Positions 48,242-60,537 of a stretch of DNA of 64,000 bases are shown here, piece by piece; position 1 is the stretch's first letter, and each line of letters opens with the position of its first letter. The notes under the pieces were generated by a model. That model had not been told where the DNA came from and did not search any database. It was given only the letters and a program-made list of their open reading frames with translations. Both the position numbers and the translations under genes were made by a program. Source of the DNA: Klebsormidium nitens (Eukaryota > Plantae > Klebsormidiophyceae). Location: contig DF237285.1 in assembly GCA_000708835.1 (NCBI GenBank), positions 1 to 64,000 on the forward strand, given 5' to 3'.

Positions 48242-50234
48242 ATGGAGCAACCGCACCAAGGCAGACCAAGTTTGGAGGATGATGATGAGTGCCACGAGAC
48301 GAATTTCGGTTTCGCAATCAACAAGAAGGAGTTTAGCGACCGCTTGCTGGACCTCATTGCAACTTCAGGTGATTGATTTATCCTTAAGAAAACATTCCAG
48401 AAGGTCAACGAGAACTGCTCGAATGCATGAGATTATACTGAAGGCAGATTGAAACAATGCTCTCTCTTCTAGATTCGGGAGGCGCAATTGCTGTGCTTGT
48501 TCTATTGCATCATTGAAATTGATCATAATACATCTAAAATATTCAAACGTGAATATTTGTTCGATCAGACGCACCTCACAGCAACTTCCTTTGTCAAGTT
48601 GTCTGTCCGACAGCAAGGATCAGCCAAAAGATGCTCTGCTGCCATCATACTTACTTTCTCGCTGTTTTCATTGGTCAGCGAACGGTGATGAAGAGCATCT
48701 GAAGCTTCACGTGAACAGCGCCATCCTATCTGCCAAGAGCTCCTACTTCAGAGCTTTATTTGCGAGCACAACATCCGTCAACGTGGAAATTCGGGTTTCT
48801 CAAGAAGGTCGGTCATAGTCCCTTCTTTTGGATATGCGAGCATTAGCAGTAAGCAAATCCAAGGCCAAATATGTGTGGTGCTCTCTTCAATGCCGACCAG
48901 TGTGGGGTTCAATGTTGCTAAACCCTCAAAAGAAAGATAGAAGTTGCCTCTCTGCTTGGGGTCACCAGTATTTGCGGGTTTACAAGAGAGGTAGCTTTGA
49001 AGCAAGAGATGTGGCTTTGACGTCAAAAGTCCGTGTCAAGCATAGTTGCAGGCTAACTACTGGTCACTACGCATATATATGCCCGAGATTTTCGGCTTCT
49101 GAATCCCCTCTTGTCATTTCTGCAGACGAGGAGGCAGTAAGAGAGATGCTCTGGTTCTGCTACGATGAGAAACTTTGCCAGTGCATCATCAAAGGTCCCA
49201 AGGGTGTGGACTTTCTTCTCAAGGTGCTTCGAATTGGTCATCAGTTTCAGTGCAAGCAGGTGATGAGAAAAGGCCTTTCCGAGCTGCGAGGACTTCCGAA
49301 AACCTGCACCCTTGCTGACACAGTCTTGGCAAGTCTTAAGGAGACTCCGAACAAAAATCTTCTTGAGTTTAAAGAAGTTCAAGAGCTCTTGAGGTACGTC
49401 CTTGACATCCTCTACTGGGAGTATGGAGACGCTTCGTCCTGGGGTTTGCCAGAGTTCAAGTCCCTCAGGCTCAGTTCTGTGAAAGCTCTTCTCGAGTCTG
49501 AACACTTACTAGCGAGTTCAGAAGAAGAGATCCTCGACGGGGTTCTAGCTTGGGTCAGGTCAGCTTACCGCACCGTGACTGACCGTAGGATTGCCATGCT
49601 CCAAGTAGCTGAGCACGTGCGCTTTGCAGTCATGAGTGGGGAATATCTTCAGACAATCCTGTCAGTGTCGGAGATGAAGCTGTGCCAGAAGGCCATCATG
49701 TCAGCAGTCTGGTACAGAGCCTTTTCAGAAACGAGGCGACTGGAAATGCAGAAAAAACCAGCTTCTGACCTGCAATACGGTGAAAGAAGCGGCGTTCTTC
49801 GAGGGCCCCGACATATTTTGCGGTCTTTTCAAAAGGAAGCAATGAAGGATCTTGTCCCTTTCGCTCGGCCTCTCATGACCGAGTGCGTCCAGATCAAGGA
49901 ACACATCTTCATGATGTGCCCGCAAAGGTGCACAACAGAGGCAAATCCGGACGGGTGTGCCGCAATACTGGTCAACTACTCTCGAATCTCTGAGGACGCG
50001 CCTCAACTGGAGATGCTGCTCATCACGCTTTATGCGAAAGCCTGGCCGGAGGGCGAGTGGCAAAAGCTTGGCACGTTGTCTCACGACGTCAAGGACCCGT
50101 CGGCAAGGAGAGTCTGCGTAGGCCGCTGCGACGTAAGCAAAGAAGCATGGAGCACCTTCATCAAATCGACCAAGTGGTTCGACAAAGACGGACAGCTTCA
50201 TGTGCGTATCAGAATTCTGCCTTTCTTTAAGTAG
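48242..50234 (+). CDS. BTB/POZ-BACK domain protein (POB1-like N-terminal motif), 3 exons, ~454 aa
   Basis: Exons 48242-48368, 48679-48807, 49126-50234 (1365 nt). Motifs NFGFAINKKEFSDRLL, LHVNSAILSAKSSYFRALF, EMLWFCYDEKL, and BACK-like VKALLESEHLLASSEEEILDGVLAWV...HVRFAVMS. Confidence 0.85.
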
Positions 50235-51002
50235 CCTTCCTGTTGTTCGTGAACCTCTCCTCTAAGTCGATCAGGCATGATCAGACAGCCTGAACTTCGT
50301 GCCTGGACGAAGTTAAGAACCTTCAAGAAACTCGGCAACTATAGCTCTTTGGAAAAGCTAGACCAACTTAGAAAAAGAGAACTGATCTGCAGATTTTGAT
50401 TAAGGAATTTGGGAGAGTAGTCGAGAACGAAGACATTACTAGTCGCAGGCAAAACTAGCGGCTTGGTCTGACATGCTCTTCACGCAGCAGGAGGTCCGCG
50501 TATATATTCACCAATGTCGATCCATTCTCCTACAGACCACATGCCAGCAGGCTTGCATTTTTCACCGAATTGCAGCACAGCGCTCGATCCTGATGGTCCT
50601 GATTCCTATATGCAATGCAGACTCTGCAATCAACGTCCGTTCGATTTTACTGGTACTCTCTTATATATAGCTTTAAGAACTTACCCCGCTAAGCATGAAA
50701 GGCATGACCATGTTTCTGTCTCTACAGAGCTCAAGTTGTGAGAGGAGTCTATTTATAGGGGCATGTGCATTCCAGGTGCACTGAGCTCAAACTCACCAAG
50801 GCACGTGCACGAAAGCAGACCAGGCATGCATAAAGTACAGAGGGGCTCTCAAGTTTCTACCCTCATGCTGGATGTGAGAAAGTCTTCGCAAGAAAGGGGC
50901 TTGGACCAAGTTCGCGACAAGGTTCAGCTGATCAGTGCTGTTCATGTACTGCAAAAAAGTGTCCATAATGTATCGAAGGCTCCATCTATCTACAAGGAAA
51001 CA

Positions 51003-54000
51003 TCAGGCCTCAATTCCCGACCCGGCCGCTGCCCGTTGGGCATGTTTCATAGCCAGCGCAAGCTGCAGCCTCGACCGCTCCCGGTGCAACTCCGAGACCC
51101 TCAGACCGAGCATCCCGTCATCGCCGTTCCGCACCGGCTCCATTTTGATTAGTTCTGTTTTGGGCTTGCCTGCCGCCGATACCGGAACCTCGCCACTGTC
51201 CACTCCCGGGTACCCTTCTCGCAAAAGCAGCCCGTCTTCTTGCAATCGCGGCCCCGCCCCGAAAGAACGTGCCGGCCTCAGCACGTTCCGTTCCCCAAAT
51301 GGGCTCATACTTCTCGAGGCTCTCATCACCTTTCTCGACCGAACTTCCTTCCCCGGGGTGCTCGCCCCAACCACCCCGTCCTCGTGCCGCTTAGTGCCAA
51401 CTTTGCCCGGCCCACCGCTTTCCGGATCCGTTCCGTTGGCCGCCCGGAGCTCCCGGAGCGCCTCCCGCTCCCGCTTCTCGCGCTTCCGGACGCGCCTGAG
51501 AACCGCGTTCGCGTCGTAACCGACTGGCCTGCGCTTGAGTACTGCCAGCGGGGCGTCAGCGACATTTTCGTTGCCGCTTATTGGTCGGTCCGGTTCCCGC
51601 TCCGCTCTGTTAGCGGAACCAGTCTGAACGGCCTCACCCCGTTTAGAATCTACAACAAGCCTCGCTTGACCAACCCCCTCCCGACCAATCCCTGCCGCAT
51701 CCCCGTTATCAACTCGCTGGAAAAGTCTCGTAACGCGGTTCTCCGTGCGCCACACGTCGTTCCCTGCTTTCCCAGAGTTGACCTTCTGGCCCATCGGTTC
51801 CGGTCTTCCGCTCCCGTGTACTTCCACAGTGAGTTTTCCGTTTTCCGGTTCCGTTCCTCGCCGGCCTTCCTTCTGCACCATCCGTGACGGACCCCTTGCT
51901 CTTGGCCGCGGTCCCGCATCGCCGCCGGGCGGCCAACCAGCCTCTGCCACGTGGCGGAGGGACGGCTCATCGCCCAGGATGGCAATGACCTCAGCGATGC
52001 TGTCCCCTGCGGTTGCGCCGCTCGCCGGGCTTCCGGCATCCGCTCCGTTCCGATCCCGTTCCCTTCTGCCGAGCTCCGTCGTTGATCCTGGCGGACTCGC
52101 CACTTCCTTTAACACGTCCAAACCGCGCCGAGTATTGCGTCCGGCATCGCTATCAGGCCCCCCAGTACCGACCGTCGTCAGAGATAGTTGTTCGGATGGG
52201 AAGCTATCTGGCGGCAAGTCCGCAGACTGGGCTTCCGTCTTCACAGCCAATAGGCGGTTGGCTGCCGCCGCTTTACTAGCAACAAACGAAGGGTGCCGAC
52301 CAGCAAGGCTTGGTTCTGGAGAAGAAGACTTGTCCACTACTGTAAGATAGTGGGGCGAACATTGCATTGAGCGACTTTCGCTCGGTTGCGCGTCAGGGAC
52401 TCCGGCCACAGCTCGCTGCGCAACGCGTCCTTCTTCAACAGGGACTCTTTCCTTCCGGATCTCATCCTCTGGCCTTCCGACCGATTGCACCTCATCCCAA
52501 CTCGCCTTCCCAGACGGACTCTCTCCTTCCTTGTCTCGGGTCGGTTCAACGAAGGACGCGCTAACCGTGTCCTCTGGGTTCTCAATGGTCTCCCACAGAG
52601 TCCCCTCTTCCTTCTCCAATTTCTCTGACTTCCCCGCTTCGAACGACCCAAGTGGGACCGTTTCTCGAGGGGCTGACGTGGCACCCACGTGGCCCTGCAC
52701 CGAATGAACCGACTCCGCTACGCTCTCCAAGGGGCCGCCACTCACACTCTCAACCTGGAGCCCGTTCACACCTCCCGACAGCCCACTCGTACTCTCCTCC
52801 CCGACCCAGTGGACAGCCTCTTCTCGGTGCCCATCCGCACTCATACCCGACAGCCCGTTCACACTTTCGTCACCGGACGCATTCTCACACTCGTCTTTTT
52901 GCCCCTGTGCCTGCTCTATGCTCCTCAGCAGCAATTCAGACTCCCGCTCAATTGCGTCCCAGTCAGAGCGCTCCCCGGCCTTGTCTATCGCAGGCGATGA
53001 CGTCATTCCTCCCGCAACTGTGTTCCCTTCGATTTGAGGTTCTCGCCCTGCCTCCGCGTTCGAACCCGTCACTTCCGCCGTTTCTTCCGCCGCCCTCTCT
53101 GGCAGCCCCTTCAGCTCTGGCTCCGTTTCCATTTGCGTCAGTAACGTTGTGATACTGACGTCCCCTCTCCCGTTTCTGACGTCATCCTTCCGGTCAGTGG
53201 ACGTCTCCTCATCCCGCCCAGAGAGCGCTTCGTCTGAGGCCCCGTCAGCGTCGCCCCTTCGCGACGACCGCCCCCCTCTGTTAACCGCCTCAACGTCCTC
53301 TCTTATAACCTGCCCCCGAAACGACCGCTTCTCAGCTTCCAAGTCTACCCCCTCGTTCTTGCGCCCCCCCGCTGCAACCCAGCTTCTTTCATCCCCCCCT
53401 TTAGGGGCCGTTTGCCTGAGCAGCCGCCTGCTGACGTCAAGCTCCTCCCGGGCCGTCAGCAACTCCTCCCGCAATTCCCGGAAGGCTTCCGCCTGCGTCG
53501 CCAGGCGGGTCTTCCCATCCTCGATCTCCGCCCGCAGATCCCGGAAGAGGTCCTCCTGCCTGGCGAACAGACTCCGCCCCGCCAAGAGCTTCTCTTCGAG
53601 CTGCGCCAGACGCTGCCGGCTGGCCTCGACTTCGGTCCACGCTTTCTGGGCGTCCAATTGTGCAGCGGACAGCTGTTCGCGAAGGGGATCGTTGGAGGGC
53701 TCTGTCTGATTGGCGGCTGTGTCGTGTGCCGAGGGCTCAACGGAGATGGAGAAGTGACCTGCACGAGCAATCAAGATAAGCAGATGTTTGTGCACGGACA
53801 TATCTAGGCGTAGACACAACCGGGTGTACACAAGCTTTTAAAAGAGCTCTGCTTTTCAAAAGCAAATCTCCATACGTTGTTCGTTTACGACCAGCGTGAA
53901 CTGCTTGTTAGGCACACGATGTGGAAAAGAGTAGATTGCGAATCCTGTCGTTGTCACGCTACTCTTTGCCTGGAAGATCGGGAGCCATTTGTGCGGAAGA

Positions 54001-57000
54001 AGATTTGGCATCGCAGTCCGGCTTGCTCGACTTTGGAGAAGGACAGAGTTGCCACGTCACAATATCATGGCCGTCCAAACGTCGAAGCAAAATGTGAGCG
54101 AAATCCCCGGCAGCATTATCAGAGCCATTCTGTTGAAGTCAGCGTGTCTTGCAGATTATCCGGCATACCATCCGACACTCAGGCTGTCGAAGACCCAGCA
54201 TGCTCGATGCTCGGTACGACCGCACCTCGCGTCGCCACCACAAAGCTGCGACGTCCACGTTCGCACTCTGACAACGATCCAAACAAAGAAAAATATCGGC
54301 TTGGGGAGAGCCCGCGTTGTAGGGCCCATTCTTATTTGAACGCTCACCTTTGCTAGTTTTTGAGTCAGAAGCAATGCCCGGCTGACTCGCCGACCGCGCC
54401 TGCTCGTCCTGTTCCCTCTTCGCCGCTCGCAGCGCCTCCATCAGTCGCCCGTTCACCTGCAATCAAGCAGACCTTGACTCTAAGAGTTGCGTTCTCCGAT
54501 TAAGGAAGCAAACACTTCCGCGGCTGATGATCTTAACTTTGTGCTCTGACATTCAGTTATCCTAGTCGATGCGAGTCTGCATGCGGTCGAAAACTCTCAA
54601 GCAGCTCAAAGGACGTGCAATATCACTGAAGTGCCTCGTAACGAGAAACATCAGCGTCAAGAGGACGCCACAACAAAGCTTCCTTCTTTATCGACATATC
54701 CATGCCAGATATGAAGAAAACGGAGTCAGCTCCGTCAAATCCCAAAGCGATCATGATCATCACCAAGCCACAATCTCTTTATTGGGGCCACTAGCGTGTG
54801 TCAGGCCTAACGTTCGATTGACTACCGTGGTCTCCGATCGGAGCACGAACAATAACCAAGAGAAAAGACAGAAAAACCAAACAATCAGGATTGGAGGAAG
54901 AAATCCAGACACGAAACACGACGTTGAGGAGACTGGTTACCTCTTGCAGCTTCTCAATCTCCTCTTGCGCCGCGCCCAGCAGCATCGACCGCTCGCTCTC
55001 CGCCTCCCCAAACCACATTCCTCTTCCGTTCTCCCCAGATCTTAAACCGCCGCCCGATTGATACGCCGCTCCATCCGACAAAACCCGTTGCCCTGGTGGT
55101 GACAAGTTCTCTTTCCCGATTTGTTGAAGGTTTCCGCCACATTCCGCCATTTCCGGCTCCATGACCGGTCCGGGGGCCTCCAATTTCAGTGTTTCTTTGC
55201 CCCCCGGCAGGACCTGAGCGCGCGTAGATCCAACCCCCTCCCCAATCTCCCGGCCCTCTCTTTCCTGAGCGGCTTCACTCTTTCCGGCGTCTTCACTTTG
55301 CTGGGCGTTCAGATTCTGATTTTCCTCACTTGCTTTGGCTTTCGATTCCACCGCATCCAGCTGTTCCCGCAGCACCAACACCTGGTGTCTCAGCCGCTCG
55401 ACCTGGTGTGAATGCGCGCTCCGCTCCTCTTCCAGCTGCTCGACTTGGTGTGAATGCGCTTTCTGCTCCTCTTCTAGCCGCTCGACCTTGTGTAAATACC
55501 CCCTCCGCTCCTCTTCCATTCCGCGCTCCAGATTAGCACACCGCTCCCTTAATCGCTCCGCTTCTTCCTCGAGTCCCCCTCTCCGAAGCTCCGCCTTTTC
55601 CGCCTCGTCCAACCGTTCGCGTAACTCCGCCGTCTCTGTTTGCAGCTTCTCGAGCCGCTTCTCTATTTCCTGAACTCTCTCTTTGGCTTCCGCTGCCTCC
55701 CGTTCCGCGTCTTGCCTCACAGATTCCGGCGTTCCGCCGCTTCCCATTCCGCCCCCAGCCAACGTTCCAATGTCTGCCTTGACCCCGTTCCCCTCAAACC
55801 CAGCCTCACTGAGCCTGTTCTCATCAGTCCCCTTCCCACTGCCCCCGTTCACACCACTCTCTTCCCATGCTCTCACCCGCTCATCGTCTTTTTCTGCAGC
55901 CTTCTCCCAAGCCTCAGCCAGCTCTCTCTGCAGGTCTCTGATCGTTTCTTGCAGCCGCGTCCGCTCGGTGTGAAAACCCGCGCGCGTTTGCTGCAGCTGC
56001 TGGTCGTACCGGCGGAGCAGCGCGCCCGTGTCGTGGCTCTCGAGCTGCCGGATGCGCTCTTCAAGGCACTCCACCTGAGAAGATTATTACGAGCTAGGGA
56101 TCTATGAAGAGAGTAGATTGAACGTTTTTCTTCGCCTTTGCTGAAACAAGACAAGAACGGAGTCTGGTGAAGGCAGGGCTGATAAAGAAATTACCCCAAA
56201 ATGCAAATATTTAACGCGGTGACATGTTAAGAGTGGGAAGAGGCCCTGAGGAGTCGATTCTCATTATATGAAACCTCGAGAAACGTCTTGAACAGGGTCT
56301 GTTCTTGGACCCAACATGCAGACGCAGACCCGGCGGTTTGCCACTCTCCCACACGTCGGGCATACACAGACAAAGCCTGGTCAGCCTTTAAGGTCCCCCG
56401 TTTTCATTCGCTAGCTACCGTAATTACACGTTAAGCGCCGCCAGTAAGAGACGGAAACTAAAGAATGTTCAGGATGGTCGGGATAATTGACCTAGGCAGA
56501 AGACAATCGTCTCACAAAAGCCCGTCTTTCGTCAGACAGAACCAGGATCACTAAACAGAAGGGTGCAGTGCACCCCAAACCCCGCCAGCTCACCTCCAAC
56601 TCCGCTTCTTTCCTGCGCGCCTCCTCCCCCTGCCACCGTTCCTCTGCCGCGCCCCCCGCCGCGCGCGCATTCTCCACTTCCTCTCGATACTCCCTCAACT
56701 CCTCCCCACACTTCCTCACTTCCGCTTCCAACGCTTCCACTTTCCTCTGCCACCCTTCGACCTCGCTTCTCAGCTCCAGTATGCCCCGCTCTAGTTCCTC
56801 GCCCCTCCTCTCGGACGCCGCAAGGTCTTCGCGCACCATCCGAAACTGGCGCCCCTTCGCTCTGTACAGCAACCGACTCTGCGCAGCCTCCATGACCAGC
56901 CGCTCTCGCTCGCCTCGTTCGGCTTCCAAACCCTCCGCTAACCGCGCCTCGGTTAGTCTGACCTCGGACTGGTTTTCAGCGCGGGCCGACTCAAAGGCGC

Positions 57001-59207
57001 GCTGCCACACCTCCTGCGCCGCAGCCAGGGCCGCCTCGCCGCTGAAGTCACCTGCTAGGATCAACAGATATGCCGACGTCAACGGATGGGCGGAGTGCTT
57101 CTGTGCTCACGCCACGAAACGCGTCGGCTTGTTGAATTAAAGACCTGCTCTGCAGATTTTCACAAGCTTGGACGAGGAAATGATGGGAAAGAGCATGTTC
57201 GCAAACATCACCTGCTGCCGTAATCAGCGCATGGAGCTGCGTGTCGAGGGCCGCGTTGCGCGCCTCAAGGTCGTAAATGCGCAGGCGGAGGGACTCGGCG
57301 TCGCGGCAGGCGAGGGCCTTCATGCGAGACTCCTCGTCCAGGGCAGTGCGAAGATGCTGTAAAATTGGGAGTAAGGGGACAATCAATTTCTTTGGATTTG
57401 ATTCGTTCAGGCCTTGCTCAAGGAAGGGTCCGGCCATGTGAATCAGACGGTTAGGGGTTTGAGCGATGTGGCTTTTGGCTTGAGATATACGAGAAGGAGG
57501 AAGGCATTCTGTATCAAACTATCGACAGATTGCAACGCAGCTTATGCGAGAAATAGGCAACGGGCGACCCCTTTTGCAAATATCAGAGTATGGCTTTACG
57601 AGTGGGCAGAGATAGCTTCGGCTGAAGTCAAGAAGGGCCAAGACGAGGTTCGGTATCCTGAATAGTGCAGCCCGCTTGTGAAGTCGATCCAACGCCCAAC
57701 ACTTTTCATCTCAGCTTCCGATTTGACGAACCCCTGGGGCCCGTATAGACCGGGTGTTCAGTATGGCAACAGGCACAACTCATCCGCTTCCCTGCTGTCT
57801 GCTGGGACTTCGTCTATGAGCCCTCCAAAAGGTCTGATGATTGGACAAATGAGCAGAGCTTCTCTTTGCACAAAAGAAACATAAAAACAGAGCAGTTGCA
57901 AGAAGACTGGTCGATATAAAGGCCAATGTATTGCCACAGACAGAGCAAAAGACTCACCGACAATTTTCTCAACAGCGCTGCATCATCCGCGCTTGGCAGC
58001 ATGCACCCCAGCAGTTCTTGCATCTCTCGTCGCTCATCGTTAGTCCAGCCTTGGCTTGATGCCCCCACATCCTGCCTGGATAAAAGCGCCCCCCCCAACG
58101 TTTCCGCTCTGCCCAGGGCCAGTTGGAAGTTCTCGCTTTCAGGGGGGTGAAACTCCCCCTGCTGAGACTGCCAGACTTGACGGGGTACAGGGAATGGAAG
58201 TTGCGATTTTGAGAGGATTTTGCTGACTAGGGGATCACTCTCTGGCTGCCAATGCTGCGCGGGGAAGGGCTCCTGAGATCGTTGTGCCTGTTCTTGGGAT
58301 AAAGCCTCGCCGTGAGGCCCATCTCTCATCCCCCATGGTTCTCCTTGACCATGGCCCCCAAGGCCTTGTGAATGGCTTGGCGGCTTCACTTCCCACTGCA
58401 GCTGCCCAGGGGGCTCCGGACGCTCCTCCTGAAACGGGGCCTCGACATAAGGGCCAAACTGGTTCCATCGGCGCATGTCCTGGCAGTGCGGAACTATCCC
58501 TCCTGAGGGAGGAGTCATGGCTAGGGAGTAGGTTGGCTGTTGGGACTGTGATTCAAATGCTGGCGCATGCACCCCTTGCAAAGGGTGCGCCCTTTCCCCC
58601 AGCTCCTGCTCGCGTCGTTGACCAGAAGGACCCGCCGCATATGGTCCATCAGTGGACGTCTCAGCCACTTGAGGGGTGGGTCTACCATGAAGTCCTTGAC
58701 CCAATCGAAAGCGTTCTGGGCTGTCGCCAGTTGGCGCTGAGGCGCTGACAGGTGTCGCATCAACGTGCTGTTTCTGATCACCATGGTTGGCCCCCGCTGA
58801 GGCTTGGAAGCGCCGCCGGACCTACAAGATTGGAGCGCTTAGCAATCCTCCTTTGATTTGTTGATGTGGGGTGTACTCCTGCCGTTGCTAGAACTTAGAT
58901 AGATAGCAGGTGATGACTGCCAGGAAAAAAAAGTGACTACCTTTTGCACCTCTTAATCTGAAACAAGCCTTTTGCGGTCTACATACAATGGTACAAACTG
59001 CTTCTGTGGAGAAGGAATTGGATCATTAACCACCCCTTATGCCCAAAAGCTTCCAGCCCCACTACCCTTTCTTTCTCACTGTGAAGCAGTACAGCATTGC
59101 CAAATCCAGGCCCATGCAAGCCACACACGAGCTGTCAGAACAAGGCGACAGTGACTTACCGTTTTGAACACCTGGACAGATGGGCATGGGGGTGCCTGGT
59201 CCTCCAT
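51003..59207 (-). CDS. Large uncharacterised coiled-coil / low-complexity protein, 7 exons, ~1837 aa
   Basis: Phase-consistent exons 59207-59160, 58821-57958, 57356-57212, 57051-56594, 56074-54941, 54456-54348, 53758-51003 (5514 nt). Long E/R/L heptad tracts and a G/E/S-rich disordered tail. The first two junctions are less certain. Confidence 0.7.
55391..55516 (-). repeat. Coding tandem repeat, 3 x 42 bp (14 aa, two heptads)
   Basis: Encodes EEERRGYLHKVERL / EEEQKAHSHQVEQL / EEERSAHSHQVERL. Confidence 0.9.
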
Positions 59208-60167
59208 TGGATTTACCCACACTTCTGATGCTCCAAAACCTGCACAACACTCGAGATCGGATATCCTTCCCCAATCAATTAGGAACACATGTATTGTCAA
59301 CTGCTTGATTGACATGCAACCACAAGGTATATCAAATTGTCATTGCTGCCAGGTGTTTGCACTTGTACTAATGCAAAAGCTGCGGAGACATTCTGTGAGC
59401 TTGAGCTTATGACACCTGACGCAACCAACTGCGCTTCAGAAGCCTTCATCATTGGCACCACATTCTTTGGGGGCAAAGGAACGACGGCTTTGATATGCAT
59501 TGACGGGTAATCTGCACGAGTTGCAGCTTTCTGATCATGTGGTATGACGTCCGGCCAGAAAGATAAGAGCGTATCTGTGAGGCATGCTGAACGAATCGCT
59601 CACCTGTCATTTCAAGAGGCCGGGCCGAATATCGAGTCTCCGTATGCTGAGCTGCACGACTGTGAAGATCAAGGTGCAATGAAACTTCCCAAGAAGCGCA
59701 AAGCGCGGCGTAGGAAAGTCCAAGTCTGTCCGTGCAGGCCGGTGTCAAGTTTCCTGAGTAGGCAGCCCATCCCTTGCGTCCGCCTTTCAGATATTTAGGC
59801 GGGCTAAGGGCTTAACACCCGTGATTATCAACACAAGCTCAGTCCGCCGACTTTCTGTTGAACAATCAGCAATGAGCCATGGCCGCTGCCAGTGGCACCG
59901 CAACGTCTTGACTCGGAGATACATTGACTAGTGCTTGGGCCTCAAGGTACCTGCAGGAGCTCCTGCTGGTATTAGTAAGTATAAAAGGTGCGCAGGGCAT
60001 CATGGTCCATGGAGACTACGTACTCAAATACAGGTAGCATCATGGAGACTAGCATCATGAGACGCGCGGCCGCCACCAAATATGGCGCGAAACTTGAAGC
60101 AATCGGGTTTGGAGGGTTTAAACCTTGTGCACGTCGATGCACTGCGGGCGGCACGAGCTCTTGCTCT

Positions 60168-60212
60168 GCGCTGAGGCGGCCGCGCACAACGCACGCGCGG
60201 CCGCCTCAGCGC
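60168..60212. repeat. Perfect 18-bp inverted repeat with a 9-nt loop
   Basis: GCGCTGAGGCGGCCGCGC-ACAACGCAC-GCGCGGCCGCCTCAGCGC. Confidence 0.95.
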
Positions 60213-60537
60213 TACATCATGGCATGCACACTGAGAGCTAGCGCCCTAATAGCCTATAATATTAAGACTTTAAGCTAGCTAGCTGCGCTGTCAGTGTTGA
60301 AACAAATCGAAACAGAGACCATGCAAGTAATTGAGGGAGTTTTCAGCAGATCAACCACGCGCCTTCTGAATACCGTACTCTTGGTGCTGTGAGGCGGTTA
60401 GTTTTCAACTTTCCTGCAACTCCTTAGTCCTTCTTAATCTATTTGTCATATCAGATTGGGCAGACAAATCAGCTTCGAACACCAAGTACCGTTCCGCTGG
60501 CGGGATTTACTTCTTCCAAACTTGCAAACAGGATACG

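Noticed and set aside
50935-57140. Numerous long plus-strand Ser/Pro/Leu-rich ORFs (also 18956-19404 and 23214-24020)
   Set aside because: These are antisense shadows of GC-rich, Glu/Arg-rich coding exons on the minus strand.
60168-60245. Hairpin as a Helitron 3' end
   Set aside because: The nearest CTAG is ~25 nt away and not followed by T, and no matching 5' TC end or Rep/Hel sequence was found.
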